A stretch of DNA of 64,000 nt from Octopus sinensis (taxonomy: Eukaryota): contig NC_043002.1 in the NCBI RefSeq assembly GCF_006345805.1, forward strand, positions 101,184,001-101,248,000. Direction: 5' to 3'. The position numbers were made by a program, and so were the translations under genes. Within the stretch, counting starts at the first letter, position 1; every line of letters starts with the position of its first letter. The notes below the pieces were generated by a model. The model worked only from the letters and a program-made list of their open reading frames with translations. It did not search any database and was not told the DNA's origin. Of the stretch, positions 1 through 13,559 are shown in pieces.

Positions 1-353
1 TATTTTAAAATTAGAAACTTTATGTTAATTGAAGATTAATACCTGCCTTACTGCCTTTCTCTTGACGTCTCACATATTTTAATTAACTTTTTTTCTAGCG
101 AACCAAATCTCAAAATATTTATGCCAAAATGTAGCTGAGAAGGTGTCCTCTTTAAAACTGTTAACCGTTTGCAATTTAGTTAAACACTGAATTAATGGTG
201 AAGCTTGGAAGCTGCAACGATTGACGAAATGGTGGACTTAAGAATACGTTCAACCACTACCGTGGTTTAATGATATACATATATATATGTGGTGCTATTA
301 AGTTAGACATGGCCTGGACCAATCTTTGGTCGAAACATATCTAAGTTTATCTA

Positions 354-354
<1 letters not shown>

Positions 355-400
<46 letters not shown>

Positions 401-799
401 ATATGTGTACATATATATACATAAATATAGATATACATACATATACATATATATGCATTCACATACATATATTTATACATATATATACAAATAAAGTAAT
501 AAACTGAGGAAAAGAAATCCGCCAAAGGTCTGTGTTAAACATCCAATTCACTGGTACTTGCTTGTCAATAGAATACATCTATATTTAATTTATCTTCATA
601 TATACATATATATATACAAATATATATATACATGCATATATATATATATATATACATATATACACACACATATATATATATGTATATACATATATTTATA
701 TATACATATGTATATATATACATATATTTATATATGCACACATATATATATATATATATACATATATTTATATATACATATATTTATATGTGCATATAC

Positions 800-846
<47 letters not shown>

Positions 847-925
847 ATATATACACATAAATATATATACATACATATATCTACATACACACACATATAT
901 AAATAAATAAATATATATATATACA
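355..925. repeat. (TA)n/(TACA)n microsatellite field
   Basis: Direct dinucleotide/tetranucleotide repeats; source of spurious Y/I-rich ORFs. Confidence 0.97.
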
Positions 926-2649
926 TGGATCACTGACTCAATGCTGAAATTACACTAAGAATACTCAGTATCTAGCGATAAATATTTCGGTAAATTGGAC
1001 CGGACTTTTTTTGTATGTGAAGTGATTTAGCCAGAACGAGATTGTTATGGTGGCAAGTTGCTGATATAGACCTTCGGCCCCTCGGCTGGTGTTTTTTGAT
1101 CCTTTTGATTTAAGACTCCATTGCTCTCATTGAATCAACAATGAATACTAAAAGAGGAAGTTTTATTTCCTGTTATTACACTCGGTTACGTTTCACATCG
1201 ATGTACGTCAGATGAAAGTTGAAAAATGACAAGATATATGATTTTGTAAGTGAATATCAACATCTAATCAAAGCAATATTTGGTAAACTACAGCATTATA
1301 ACAACATAAAAAATATCAATCTTCGACAGTGCACTTATTTGTGAGATTTTTGGATGGAAAGATACAAAGGTCAACAAATTTCTTTGATATTTCTATAATT
1401 TTCTTTTCGGCTTCATGAGATAAAATCACGTTGAGACGAGAAATGGGTGAATCACGAGATTAAACAAATGCAAAATTAAGAAAAGAAAAACAGAAAAGAA
1501 AAGAAAAACAGAAGAAATTGAAGGAAACAAATTCAGAAAATAAGAAATAAATTAAAGGAAAACCTTTTTGTATCCTTAAACGATATTTTTCATTGGAAGA
1601 TTTTTCGTTATATTTGCTTTGTGATATCATTATAGTATGTAATTTATCTATAAGAAAGACAGATTAATTTCTTTTGCTTTCAACGTATGATTAATCTGAT
1701 ATTCTTTCTTCGTTTCCTCCTTACTATTATTTCATTTTTATTCTTTTTCCTGCTCTTTTTCTGTCTGTCTGTCTCTTATTTTTTACATTATCTCCTATTT
1801 TTAATTATCATCATGTTTATCTCACTTCATTATTACATTCCTAGCGTGATTAAATATATATATATATATATATAATACATATGCGTACATATGTATGTAT
1901 GTATGTATTAATGTATGTCTTTGATCGTGAGTGTTTAAAAATTACTTCTCTATCTCATCATAATATTTCTCATCAGTTTGCAGTATTACATTTAATACCG
2001 TTATTGTTAGTATTATTCTTATGATATTGTTGGTATAGTCACAGTTGTTGCTATAGATAATATAGTTTCACTTGTTCATTCCCTGTTGCATCCGTTGCTT
2101 TGCTAAAAAAAGCAACAACAAATAGAAGATAATAATAATAATAATAATCCTGCGAACTTGCCATTTCTCATTTGTGATTCCATGACTATGGTTTGGAACG
2201 TTCTAGCAAGTGGTTCATTAAACAAAATATTTGTATCATTCTGCCTCAGGATTTTCTAAGGTTTATGAACGCGTTTCTATTTTTACACATTGCCCTATGA
2301 AAAAAAAAAAAAGGCATTACTTTCTCTAAAAATATCACTTTCTCTAATGAACCGATACTGAAATACCAAGTCTAATGTAAAAGAAAGAAAATAAATAAAT
2401 AAAAGCAATTAGATAAAAAAGAGGAAAATCTTCAAAAACCAAACAAGAACCCCAACACAAAACAAAAAGCATACATATCTTCTGGAAAGTTCTTAAACCA
2501 ACAAACTTGGATATCTTTATAACTAGTTTTATACAGATAACTTTCTGATGTAGTTCATTATGTACAAGGGAAATTGGGACATGTCCAACTCTCCATCCCT
2601 CTATCTCTTCCTCTTTCTATCCTTTCTTTTTATTACTCTTTCTACACAC

Positions 2650-3125
<476 letters not shown>

Positions 3126-3430
3126 TTGCTGCACACTGCAGTCTCCTGATATCACCAACACGGCTCCTCCAACTGTCTGCTAGGAAAATCGCACGCAACC
3201 CAGCAAGCCAACTTGCCTAGAGAAGAAGAAGTAGCCAAAGAAGTCTGAAGAGTTGACAATCACGAACAAAACCGTTCAGTATAAGCAAAACAAAAGAACT
3301 TTAGTGAAGAGGCGAATAAAAATTTATGAATATAATTTAGTGAGTTCTTTCATCTGCCACTAAAGCATACAAAACAGATTTCTTTTGATGCGCTCTTCTT
3401 TTATTCACCCGCCAAATGATTTATCTTCTA

Positions 3431-3823
3431 CTAGCAGTATCGCCCGGCGTTGCTCGGGTTTGCAAGGGAAATAACTATAAAGCATTTTTAGAGAGTAATA
3501 GCCAAAAAATAGCAAAAAAATGCATTAAAAATGGAAAAAATATGATGGTAATTTTTTTAAAAAATCGTCGACTCATCGTAGACATTTTTAGAGAGTTACT
3601 TCCCTTATATTTAAAAAATATACATTAAAATGGAAAATATGATGGTAAATTATTTTTTAAATCGTAGACTCATCGTAGACGCGCGCTAATACTCAGAAGG
3701 GCTCGATATGAATCACGACTATAAGATACCTGGTTTTGGTTAAACTGCACCGCAAAATGTGGGAGTAGTTAGGAATCTAAATCGGAGTAGGCAGACACAC
3801 AACCTTACTTTTATATATAAAGA
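3431..3823 (-). mobile_element. Non-autonomous Helitron (short)
   Basis: Minus strand begins TC(TTTATATATAA) after an A and ends CCCGAGCAACGCCGGGCGATACTG-CTAG followed by T: the Helitron 5'-TC / GC-rich subterminal / CTAG-3' pattern at an A|T site. A homologous copy lies at 59941-60339. Confidence 0.85.
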
Positions 3824-4235
3824 TTTTGTTTAGACTGGACTCGGAAGTTGTAACTTCCGATTCCCGTTAGTTCGGTAGCCATCTTCACACTCCACGTTCT
3901 TAACGTCATCAGCTGGTACTGCGAGTTACTTTACGAGTTCAAATCCCCCACCTTACAGCAAAGACTGTTTACGTTGACTGAATCACATCAACCATCGCAT
4001 AAGCTGCTCACATCGACCGCCTGGCATCGACCCATACATCGACCGTCGCACATCAACTCCTGGCATACACTGCTCACGTTGACAACTTCCGCTTTACTGT
4101 CTCAGCTGTTACACACGAACCTACGTTGCTAGAAATGAGAGCTAAAAAGTTCTAATGTTGTAGCTAAGGCACATCATTGTATACACGTGTACTGACAGGG
4201 AACGTAATGACCCGAAAGCAACGGTCGAGACTTCT

Positions 4236-4281
4236 CTATACAGATCGGTCTGCTTCGGTTAATTCCTTAAGCTCATCAGTA
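4236..4281 (-). ncRNA. Decayed hammerhead-ribozyme-like motif
   Basis: Minus strand reads CTGATGA-GCTTAA ggaa TTAACC-GAAG-CAGAC cg ATCTG-TA. Core GAAA has become GAAG, with one mismatch each in stems II and III. Confidence 0.5.
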
Positions 4282-4478
4282 CGAATCACGACGCTGCCTT
4301 TTCTGGACTCGCTCCTCTGTCAGTGTATGCATTCATCATAAGAATCCATGGATGATTTGACGAATCGCTACCCTCTATACAATAGTTTGATATAGTTAGC
4401 TGTGTGCAATATTTTACCAAAAGGAATACTATAATTGTCATTAAATATAACAAGGGTGTTAGAACAGCCACACAGCTA

Positions 4479-4511
<33 letters not shown>

Positions 4512-4780
4512 CACATACACATATATATCAAAAATATCAAAGGTCTTTTCCGAACCACAGACCCATAAGGCCGTTTACTTTTGCCAGCTGAGTGGAAAGG
4601 AGAAAACGTAAAATGAAATATTTCACTCAAGAATACATCACTCGCTCGGTCTAGAAAACCTAAAACTTAGGGTGTTGTATTATGAGAGCAACATTCTAAC
4701 CACTAAGCCACGACCTTCACATTTACACATTCGCAAATATACACATATATAAATATATATCTATATGAATATTCATATAT

Positions 4781-5012
4781 ATTTCTTTACTACCCACAAG
4801 GGGCTAAACACAGAGGGGACAAACAAGGACAGACAAACGGATTAAGTCGATTCTATCGACCCCAGTGCGTAACTGGTACTTAATTTATCGACCCCGAAAG
4901 GATGAAAGGCAAAGTCGACCTCGGCGGAATTTGAACTCAGAACGTAACGGCAGACGAAATACGGCTTCGCATTTCGCCCGGCGTGCTACCGTTTCTGCCA
5001 GCTCGCCGCCTT
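4781..5012 (-). mobile_element. tRNA-derived SINE, family A (Meta/Sauria-like central domain)
   Basis: A-box-like GGCGAGCTGGC, B-box GAGTTCAAATTCC, central GTCGACTTTGCCTTTCATCCTTTCGGGGTCGATAAA; near-identical copies elsewhere in the window. Confidence 0.9.
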
Positions 5013-5369
5013 CTGTGTATGCATATAGATATGCATACACACGTCCTGTGGTTATGCAAAATTCTGCACCAGCGTATAGTAATGGAAATGTTGAGGCACA
5101 ATCTTGGCCGCACTCATTCCATGACTATACGTTCGTTACATTGATGACTGATTCGGTGCCAACTTTCTTACTTTCAAATCCTTTATCTCTTTCGATACTC
5201 CCATCAACAACATTGACCCCGTCATATATTTTACATTTCTTGTTCCTGGATTGCAAACGCATACCCTTCAAAGTGGGAGGTAGTAATCCGGCTATTGGTC
5301 CATGATAGACTGCTTTAATGATCGGAGATTTCTACTAACATGTCTATGCATGGTCTACTGCTCATATAT

Positions 5370-5598
5370 ATTTCTTTACTACCCACAAGGGGCTAAACAC
5401 AGAGGGGACAAACAAGGACAGACAAACGGATTAAGTCGATTACATCGACGCCAGTGCGTAACTGGTACTTAATTTATCGACCCCGAAAGGATGAAAGGCA
5501 AAGTCGACCTCGGCGGAATTTGAACTCGGAACGTAACGACAGACGAAATACGGCTACGAATTTTGCCCAGCGGGCTAACGTTTCTGCCAGCTCGCCGT
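5370..5598 (-). mobile_element. SINE family A, full length
   Basis: Near-identical to 4781-5012. Confidence 0.9.
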
Positions 5599-6329
5599 CT
5601 CATCCTGTCATCTGATGATACGTTCCAGTAGAGTCGTGCGACTTTTTGGGGCATGTATTCTAGGTTACCAAATAAGGAATGATGCTCAAGGATTTACCTT
5701 CCAGGTCTCATGGTTTTGTCAGCCTCATGTATGCAAACTTAGTCAAGGGATGCACCTTGACACGTGGTGGTGAAAAGATGTTACCGAAAGGGATATGGTA
5801 CGACATTCAAAGACATTTTGCATCGATGTTAAGCCTCTGCCCCCTTGTTTTCAAGGAATTTACTATCGTTAATGTAAAAAAAAAAAACCCCCAAAAAACC
5901 CCCCAAAAAAACAAAGGGATAAGAAGAGGAAGTAAAGTTAAAGCAAATATAAAAATAAAATAAATAACTGAAAAATGTATGATATAAAAGAATTTTTAGT
6001 CAAACTAATTAAACTAATGAGTAAGTGGGGAGCAGGCTGGAAGAAATATAAAGATAAGACTAAGAAATATTATTGAACAACAGTAATCTTCAAATAGGGT
6101 TAAAACGTCACATGACCTCACTTACAGGCAGATGGACCTTTAAGAATGTAAATCATTACAGCTAATTGGAAAGAGTGATGTCTTGTGTATGCGGGATGTA
6201 GCGTTTTCGGGAGGCTTCTTGAGGATTGGTGTATTAGCGAGAAGTATCGCTAATTTTATACAGTTTTACACAGATGTAACCTGACAGCGGTTTCCGATTT
6301 AAGTACTACTCGACCGCCCCCCATCTACC

Positions 6330-6435
6330 CAAGGGGCTGGATTAGTCGATGCCAAGGAACCAGGCGCTTGACTGGTACTTTATCTCAACGATCTCAAAAG
6401 GATAAAAGGCAAAGTCGACCTCGGCGGAATTTACC
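6330..6435 (-). mobile_element. SINE family A, partial and diverged
   Basis: Retains AAAGGCAAAGTCGACCTCGGCGGAATTT. Confidence 0.7.
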
Positions 6436-6476
6436 AGCGCAAGATCAAAACTTTAATGTAAGAATTACAATCAAAT

Positions 6477-6670
6477 ACTCTTTTACTCTTTTACTTGTTT
6501 CAGTCATTTTGACTGCGGCCATGCTGGAGCACCGTCTTTAGTCGAGCAAATCGACCCCGGGACTTATTCTTTGTAAGCCCAGTGCTTATTCAATCGGTCT
6601 CTTTTGCCGAACCGCTAAGTGACGGGGACGTAAACACACCAGCATCGGTTGTCAAGCAATGCTAGGGGGA

Positions 6671-6728
<58 letters not shown>

Positions 6729-6886
6729 CATATATACGACGGGCTTCTTTCAGTTTCCGTCTACCAAGTCTACTCATAAGGCATTGGTCGGCCCGAGGCT
6801 ATAGCAGAAGACACTTGCCCAAGATGCCACGCAGTGGGACTGAACTCGGAACCATGTGGTTGGTTAGCAAGCTACTTACCACACAG
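6477..6886 (-). mobile_element. CORE-type SINE, family B, with internal (CA)n(TA)n
   Basis: tRNA-like head (CTGTGTGGTAAGTAGCTTGCT...GGTTCCGAGTTCAGTCCC), CORE-like TGGCATCTTGGGCAAGTGTCTT, tail of AAAAGAGT repeats. Confidence 0.88.
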
Positions 6887-7238
6887 TTCATATGTATCAA
6901 TTATTTTCGCATCATAACCGATGCATCTATCCATATTAGCATCCTGAAGAGATTTACTTAAACCAGTCAATTGAAACGATCGTAAATGCTACCTTCATCT
7001 CTGCTTCTTCCTTCTTTGTTATCTAATTAAAGACATACGAGCGAAAACAAGGAGCTTCCCAATGTTATTATATCCATTTTCGTCTCCTATATAACCTAAA
7101 CTTCGGCTAACCAACCGAACAACCTGCTACCGTTCAAACTTACAAAATACTGTACCTACCCAGGTAAAAACCAAGAGCGACTCTCGATTTAATTATCTAA
7201 CTGATACCTACACATTATATATATATATATATATATCT

Positions 7239-7468
7239 AAGGCGGTGAGCTGGCCGACACGTTAGCACGCCGGGCGAAATGCTTAGCGGTATTTCGTCTG
7301 TCGTTACGTTGTGAGTTCAAATTCCGCCGAGGTCGACTTTGCCTTTCATCCTTTCGGGATCGATAAATTAAGTACCAGTTACGCACTGGGGTCGATGTAA
7401 TCAACTTAATCCCTTTGTCTGTCCTTGTTTGTCCCCTCTGTGTTTAGCCCCTTGTGGGTAATAAAGAA

Positions 7469-7469
<1 letters not shown>
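7239..7469 (+). mobile_element. SINE family A, full length
   Basis: Reverse complement of the 4781/5370 copies. Confidence 0.9.
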
Positions 7470-7499
<30 letters not shown>

Positions 7500-7816
7500 G
7501 AAACCAGCACTCTTTAGAGATGGCAGTTGAAGTACAAAATATTACAACTGCTCTCTATTGTTGGAGGTAAACAGACACATCCAGTTTATGGTTGCTGTGA
7601 AAAAGACAATGAAACAAACCGAGAAAAGGTTAATGCAAGTATTATGTCCCTTGGTACCAGGGTACTCACTCTGGGGAGTTTTTCAAGATGACATTGCTTT
7701 TCTGGAAAAGGGTGTATGGGAAATTTGCGCGTGTTTTAGGATTGGTGTTCTAGTAGAAATGGAATCTGCGTAGTCGCATTATATGTGCAACGTTTTGTTT
7801 TGCGCATATATATATA

Positions 7817-7875
<59 letters not shown>

Positions 7876-8652
7876 TGTATATATATATATATATGTATGT
7901 ATGTGTATATATATATATATGTGTGTGTGTGTGTGGTATGCATATATGTATGTATGTATATATAGCTAAATGAGCATGATACGCATAAAGTAATTTAAGG
8001 TTAAACCTGTATATTCTTTATATCCTTTTTCCATATAAATTCCACTCAGTACCGCCCTTATATCATTCACTTTATCATTTGCTGAGAAAATGAGTTATGT
8101 ATATATGATTCTACATACCACTTAAGCTAGAATCATAGCTCAATGTCTAAGTGAAAAATCGTTACGTGGAAGTTCATTGACAACCTGTCTCACAGATATT
8201 GTTTTCTGCGTATCCATTACACCTTAGATGATGATTATTATTAAATGTGAAATTAGAAGCATAATTTAATTCAAATTACTTAATTATCTTCACGAAATAT
8301 CTGGAAATTAGTAAAAAAAATTGACAATTAAACTATCAACAAATATTTGAATTTAAAGAATTCTTAGAAAAATTTATTCGTTTTTGAAAAACGTGCGACG
8401 AGTATCTTTTGATGAACAACACTCACTTTTTATTATCATTGTTATTATTGTTATTTTTGTTATTCCTATTCCTCTTAATGGCTCCGATTCTTTTAAAAGA
8501 TATAATTGTGAAGATTATATTTGTAAATTGTACGAAAATACAATAATGCTTGTGGGCGCGTCAAAAGCCCTTATAAAGTGTCAAGCAAAGCGGCGATATT
8601 TTCGCAATATCACTGCGTAAATGACTGATTCAATTTATAGAAAACGCTAATG

Positions 8653-8685
<33 letters not shown>

Positions 8686-9417
8686 TAATAATAATAATAA
8701 CAACCACAGCAGCAACAACAACAACAACAATAATAATATAAAAAAATCATTACTATTAATAGTGTTAGTGGTATTAATATTAATAGTAGTAATAGCAGCA
8801 ACAGAGGTAGTAGTAATTTTAGTAGTAGTTGTAGAATTCGTAGTAAGTGTTCTTTGATTATAATATAGTTTTTGTTTGTATCGTCTTGCAGTTGTTGCCG
8901 ATATTCCAGAGAAGATTCGAGCAAATCCTAATCAAATCACGTAGGAATTATTTCATCTTAAACGTGACTTTTTCTTGCTCAGCGAACAACAATAAAATAC
9001 CTTTAGAGTTAAGAGTATGGAAGGTATTCTTTAAAATTTTTAGAAAACATTGAATATTTCATCTTCTAAATCTTGTTATCGCATCGTCGTCATCTTCTAT
9101 AATTTGGTTATCGTTTCATCACATCTGATATATTCCATTAGCATGTCTCTATGACATTGCTAGGAAATATTGCTGTTGTTCGGTTTGAAATATTTAAAAA
9201 CATTTTGTTGCTGTTTTTGTTGTGATTCTTGTGGTTTTGTTTTTTGCATTTTTGCTTTATTCGTTTCATTATTTTATGTTTTATAATTTATCATTTCAAT
9301 TTTCTTTAATATTTCACAATTTTAATTTGTAATTTATTTAAAAATAATTATTACATTACAAAAGAAGTCTCACCTTGAAGCAGCAATCAACAGTCACAGA
9401 AAAAAATATGAGAGTAC

Positions 9418-9455
9418 CTATATATGTATATATATAGATATATATATATATATAT

Positions 9456-9491
<36 letters not shown>

Positions 9492-9850
9492 GATATATAT
9501 ATGTATATATACATGTATATATATATATATGTATATGTATATATACATGTATATATAAATATATATGTATATGTATGTATAAATATGTATATGTATTTAT
9601 ATGCACACACCCATATATATGCATGCATATATGAACATATGTTTATATATATATGCGTATATATATATATGTAGTTGTATGTATATATCTAAACATATTT
9701 AATTATATACTGATGCACGCACACACACACACATATACACATGTATATACGTATGTATATATACTCTGCATATACACATATACATACGTACATATGTATA
9801 TGTGTATATATTGATACACACTCACACACGTGCACACACACATACACAGA
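9418..9850. repeat. (TA)n/(CA)n microsatellite field
   Basis: Direct simple repeats. Confidence 0.95.
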
Positions 9851-10674
9851 AAATGTATCAAATGAACCCATGACATATCTAGTATTGGCCTTGGGGGAAT
9901 TTTTTCTGATAAAAGATTCCCACACTTATAAGGCGAGGAGATAAACGACATTGTGTGATCGAATAAAACCATGTGACGTTCTTTTTCCCCCAACAGCCAC
10001 GTGATGTGACACTATTTCTTAGATACGTCAACATGGCCGCCACCAAAACTGATCGCCATCACCAAATAGTATTAAAACATTAAACTGTAAATATGAAATT
10101 GTTGCAAAAGCGAGAAAACCGTTGAGTTGTTTTTAATAAATCTTCATAACATGTTTTATTTTCGAGCCTTTTCTTCTTATTGTACTTTCTTCTTCTTTTC
10201 TGCATATGTTTGCTTTACGTGTTCTGTTGTTGTTATTGTTGTTATTATTGTTGTTGTTGTTCTTGTTCTTGTTGATGGTGGAGGTGATAGTTGTGTGTCG
10301 CTGCTGTTAGTGATGTTGTCTCCTTTGCTTCTCGTTTGATTTCATAATTGAATAATTCGAATAAAATTTCATTACATCATAATGAATGTAACTTTTGATC
10401 TGATTAAAACCAACAGCCATCAGATATACAGCAAAAGTAGTGAGTAATTTGTTTGAATTTCTCACATAATACTATACATATTAGATCATCAGGTGATAAA
10501 ATAGTGCTTTTTATTTCGCATCTGCTTTTTTCAGCTAACTTTCTTCCGTTGTTTTCACATATATTTTTCTTTTTTGATTCTGAAGCAGATCTCAGTGTGC
10601 AGGGCCGTCAGCTATTTACGAGATGTAACGAAATATCTTGAGATTATTTGCAAAGAATAATAATCGACAAGGAA

Positions 10675-10850
<176 letters not shown>

Positions 10851-11619
10851 TAACTTTTTAAACATAGGCACAAGGTCACCCATGATGGAGAAGTGTAATA
10901 ACGATCAAATCGACCCCAATACCTATTGAATATCTTATTTTAGCGAAACTGTGAGAATGAAAACCAAGTTTACTTCGTCAGGATTTGAACTCGGAATCTA
11001 AAGGTACGCAGATAAGTTGTATACATCATATAGTCTGGTTCTTTTCCAATTTGGCCTATACAGTAACTTACATCTGTACAAGAATGAAATATAGCATAGG
11101 TACTACGTACGAATGTTGGAGGAGGCTTTAATCAATCATAACGATTTCAATATAGGACTAGTTATTAGAAACATTTCATCACTATCATATGCAAATCATG
11201 TGTGTGGTTGTCCAGCGAGAGATTTCGGAAGTCTCATTCGTCGTTAACGACACAGAGTTCATAATGCTATGACAACAACTTACCGAAACAACTGTGGAAT
11301 GGCGAAAGGCGGGGAACCAGAATGGCGAAAGGAGGAAAGGCAGAGTAGAACTCAGAACGTTAAATGACGGAACAAATGCATATACCTTCGTTTATCAAGG
11401 AGATTGGTAGTGAATCAGTGCTAAATGAAAGAAGACATGGGATAAATCAGGTTGTTCAGAAGCCACACGTTACCCTTCTAACACCCAAATAACACCTTCA
11501 AACAGATATTAAATACACATGAGGATATTGTTTCATGGTTTGAATATTTACAGAAAAATGTAATTACACGTGATCAGTATATAATAAAAAAAACCTTACT
11601 AGAAAATATCACCGACTCG

Positions 11620-13370
11620 TATTATCACAGATCGACCGTGATAAGCATAACATGGTTAACAACTGAACGTGTCGTGTTATCCGGGATGAGTGATAAACGA
11701 AGCTAGATGTTGCGCAAGTAAAAATTCCCACTCCCCCAACTACGGTGCCGGCCTCTAAACATAATACCACAAAACCCCAATCCCTGCATGCACAAACCCC
11801 GACACAAATAAAAATACCCACCCCTTGTTGGCACCTAATGAAAGAAGTACAGCTTCCTTGGACGACACCATTAAGGTGATCAAAGGGGAGTACGCAGTAG
11901 TTCGTAGGCGAACTCATACACCGTCCCTATCCATTTCCCCCACAAAAACAAACGAGAACACAGCCAATTACAAAAAGCCGCCCCTTGTCCCCGGAAAACA
12001 AGAAAAAAAAGTTACTGTGACATTAAGGTGTTGGTGGAATTTGACACCAGAGACAAATACACAGACGAAATAATTGTGAACCACAACTCCGTCAAGCTTT
12101 TCTCGAAGCACAAAGACTTTCCGAAGAGGTACGTCTGGACAGGGGAAACAATATTCCAGTAGTTGAAGGAAAGACACCCGACGGCCATTGGAAGAATTAA
12201 GAACCTTCCAAAGTATTTGGAGAAGGAAGAGAAGGAAGGGGCTGCCTCACGTGTGGTAAGGTCAACCCCAACGTCGCCCGTGAAGAGTAAGCAGAACCTC
12301 TACTTTTTAAGTTGTGACTGCACTTAACCTTGGTTGTCTGAATGTGCGTGATCTGAGTTCGAAGTAGAAGCAAACTTGTTTCCTCGACGACCTCAGATCA
12401 CACGATATACATGTGGTGGTTGCCACAGAGACAAAGCTGGACATTCTACAAGCTTTTTCGCCCCTCCTGAATGGCTATGAGAAAATCATGTCTTTCTGAC
12501 CAGACCTGAGTTTGAGGGGGTGTTGCGGTGCTGATCCGTAATGGCTCGGCTCTGCAGACAAGTCTATGTGAACCCAGAAGGTGGGCTGGTCGTCCTTGAT
12601 GTGACATACAGCGGTAAAGCCTTCAGGTTGATCGGACTCTATGCACCTTGTGCTAAAGGATTCCAAACTGATTTTTATCGGCGCCTGGAGAACGTGTTCG
12701 TGACGTCAAAGACATTAATGTTGTTAGGTGACTTTAACACTTTTGTTGACGCACGCATCGATAGAGCTGGCTTGACCAGTAGGAACATGAACTCACGTCT
12801 CGTGGATCTGCTTAAGCGCCTTCAGCTGGCAGATCGTTACAGGCTTGACTATCCGGACGTCCCAGAGTGGGCCTGAATTAGTGGCTACGGAAAGCTCAAG
12901 TCTTAGATAGGATAATGATAAGAACTAAAGATAAGACTAGTTTTAGCTGTTCACGTATTGTCCAAGTAGCCTACACTGACCATAGAATGGTTAAGTGTAG
13001 ACTGGACATAGATAGTATAGTTAAGAGAGGACTTGGCTACTGGAAGCTTAACAAGTATATTTTGAATGGGAGGCATACCGTAGCCCGATTAAGGAGTTAG
13101 TACAGAGGGCGTTAACCGGCGCCGTGGTTAATAACCAGTGGTGGTTCGCCATCAAGAGAGCCATTTGTTTTGAGTCCATTAGGCTTAGTCAACAGTGAAG
13201 ACTAGGTAAGGCTAGAATAGAAGAGCAACTAGTCAAGGACTTAGAAGAGGCGTTGAGGTTGGGCTCTGCATCTCCCATTTTGGCAGCGAGAACGGCATTG
13301 GACCGTCACCTCAAAGCCAAACATGAGGGATGTAGAGTTTGGGCTTGGGCCGTGAGGAAATTAGTGTTGT
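11620..13370 (+). mobile_element. Tx1/L1-like LINE 5' portion (decayed ORF1 remnant + APE endonuclease), pseudogenised
   Basis: Translations give LNLGCLNVR (~12325), FRLIGLYAP, LLGDFN, SYLDRI, YTDHRMV and GYWKLN, the ordered motifs of L1/Tx1 apurinic endonucleases; in-frame stops present. Confidence 0.85.
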
Positions 13371-13559
13371 CGGATGGGCCTGTACGGTAGAAACTGAGTG
13401 TGGAGTTGCATGAAACGATTGTACTGCATTACCTCTGGATATCCTGTTGCTTATTTTGACTTTTATCACCTTACTTTTTATCATCGTATTCATCTGAATC
13501 TAAATTCTTGCTGAACTCCTCTACCATACCCAAAGTATATATATATATATATATATATA

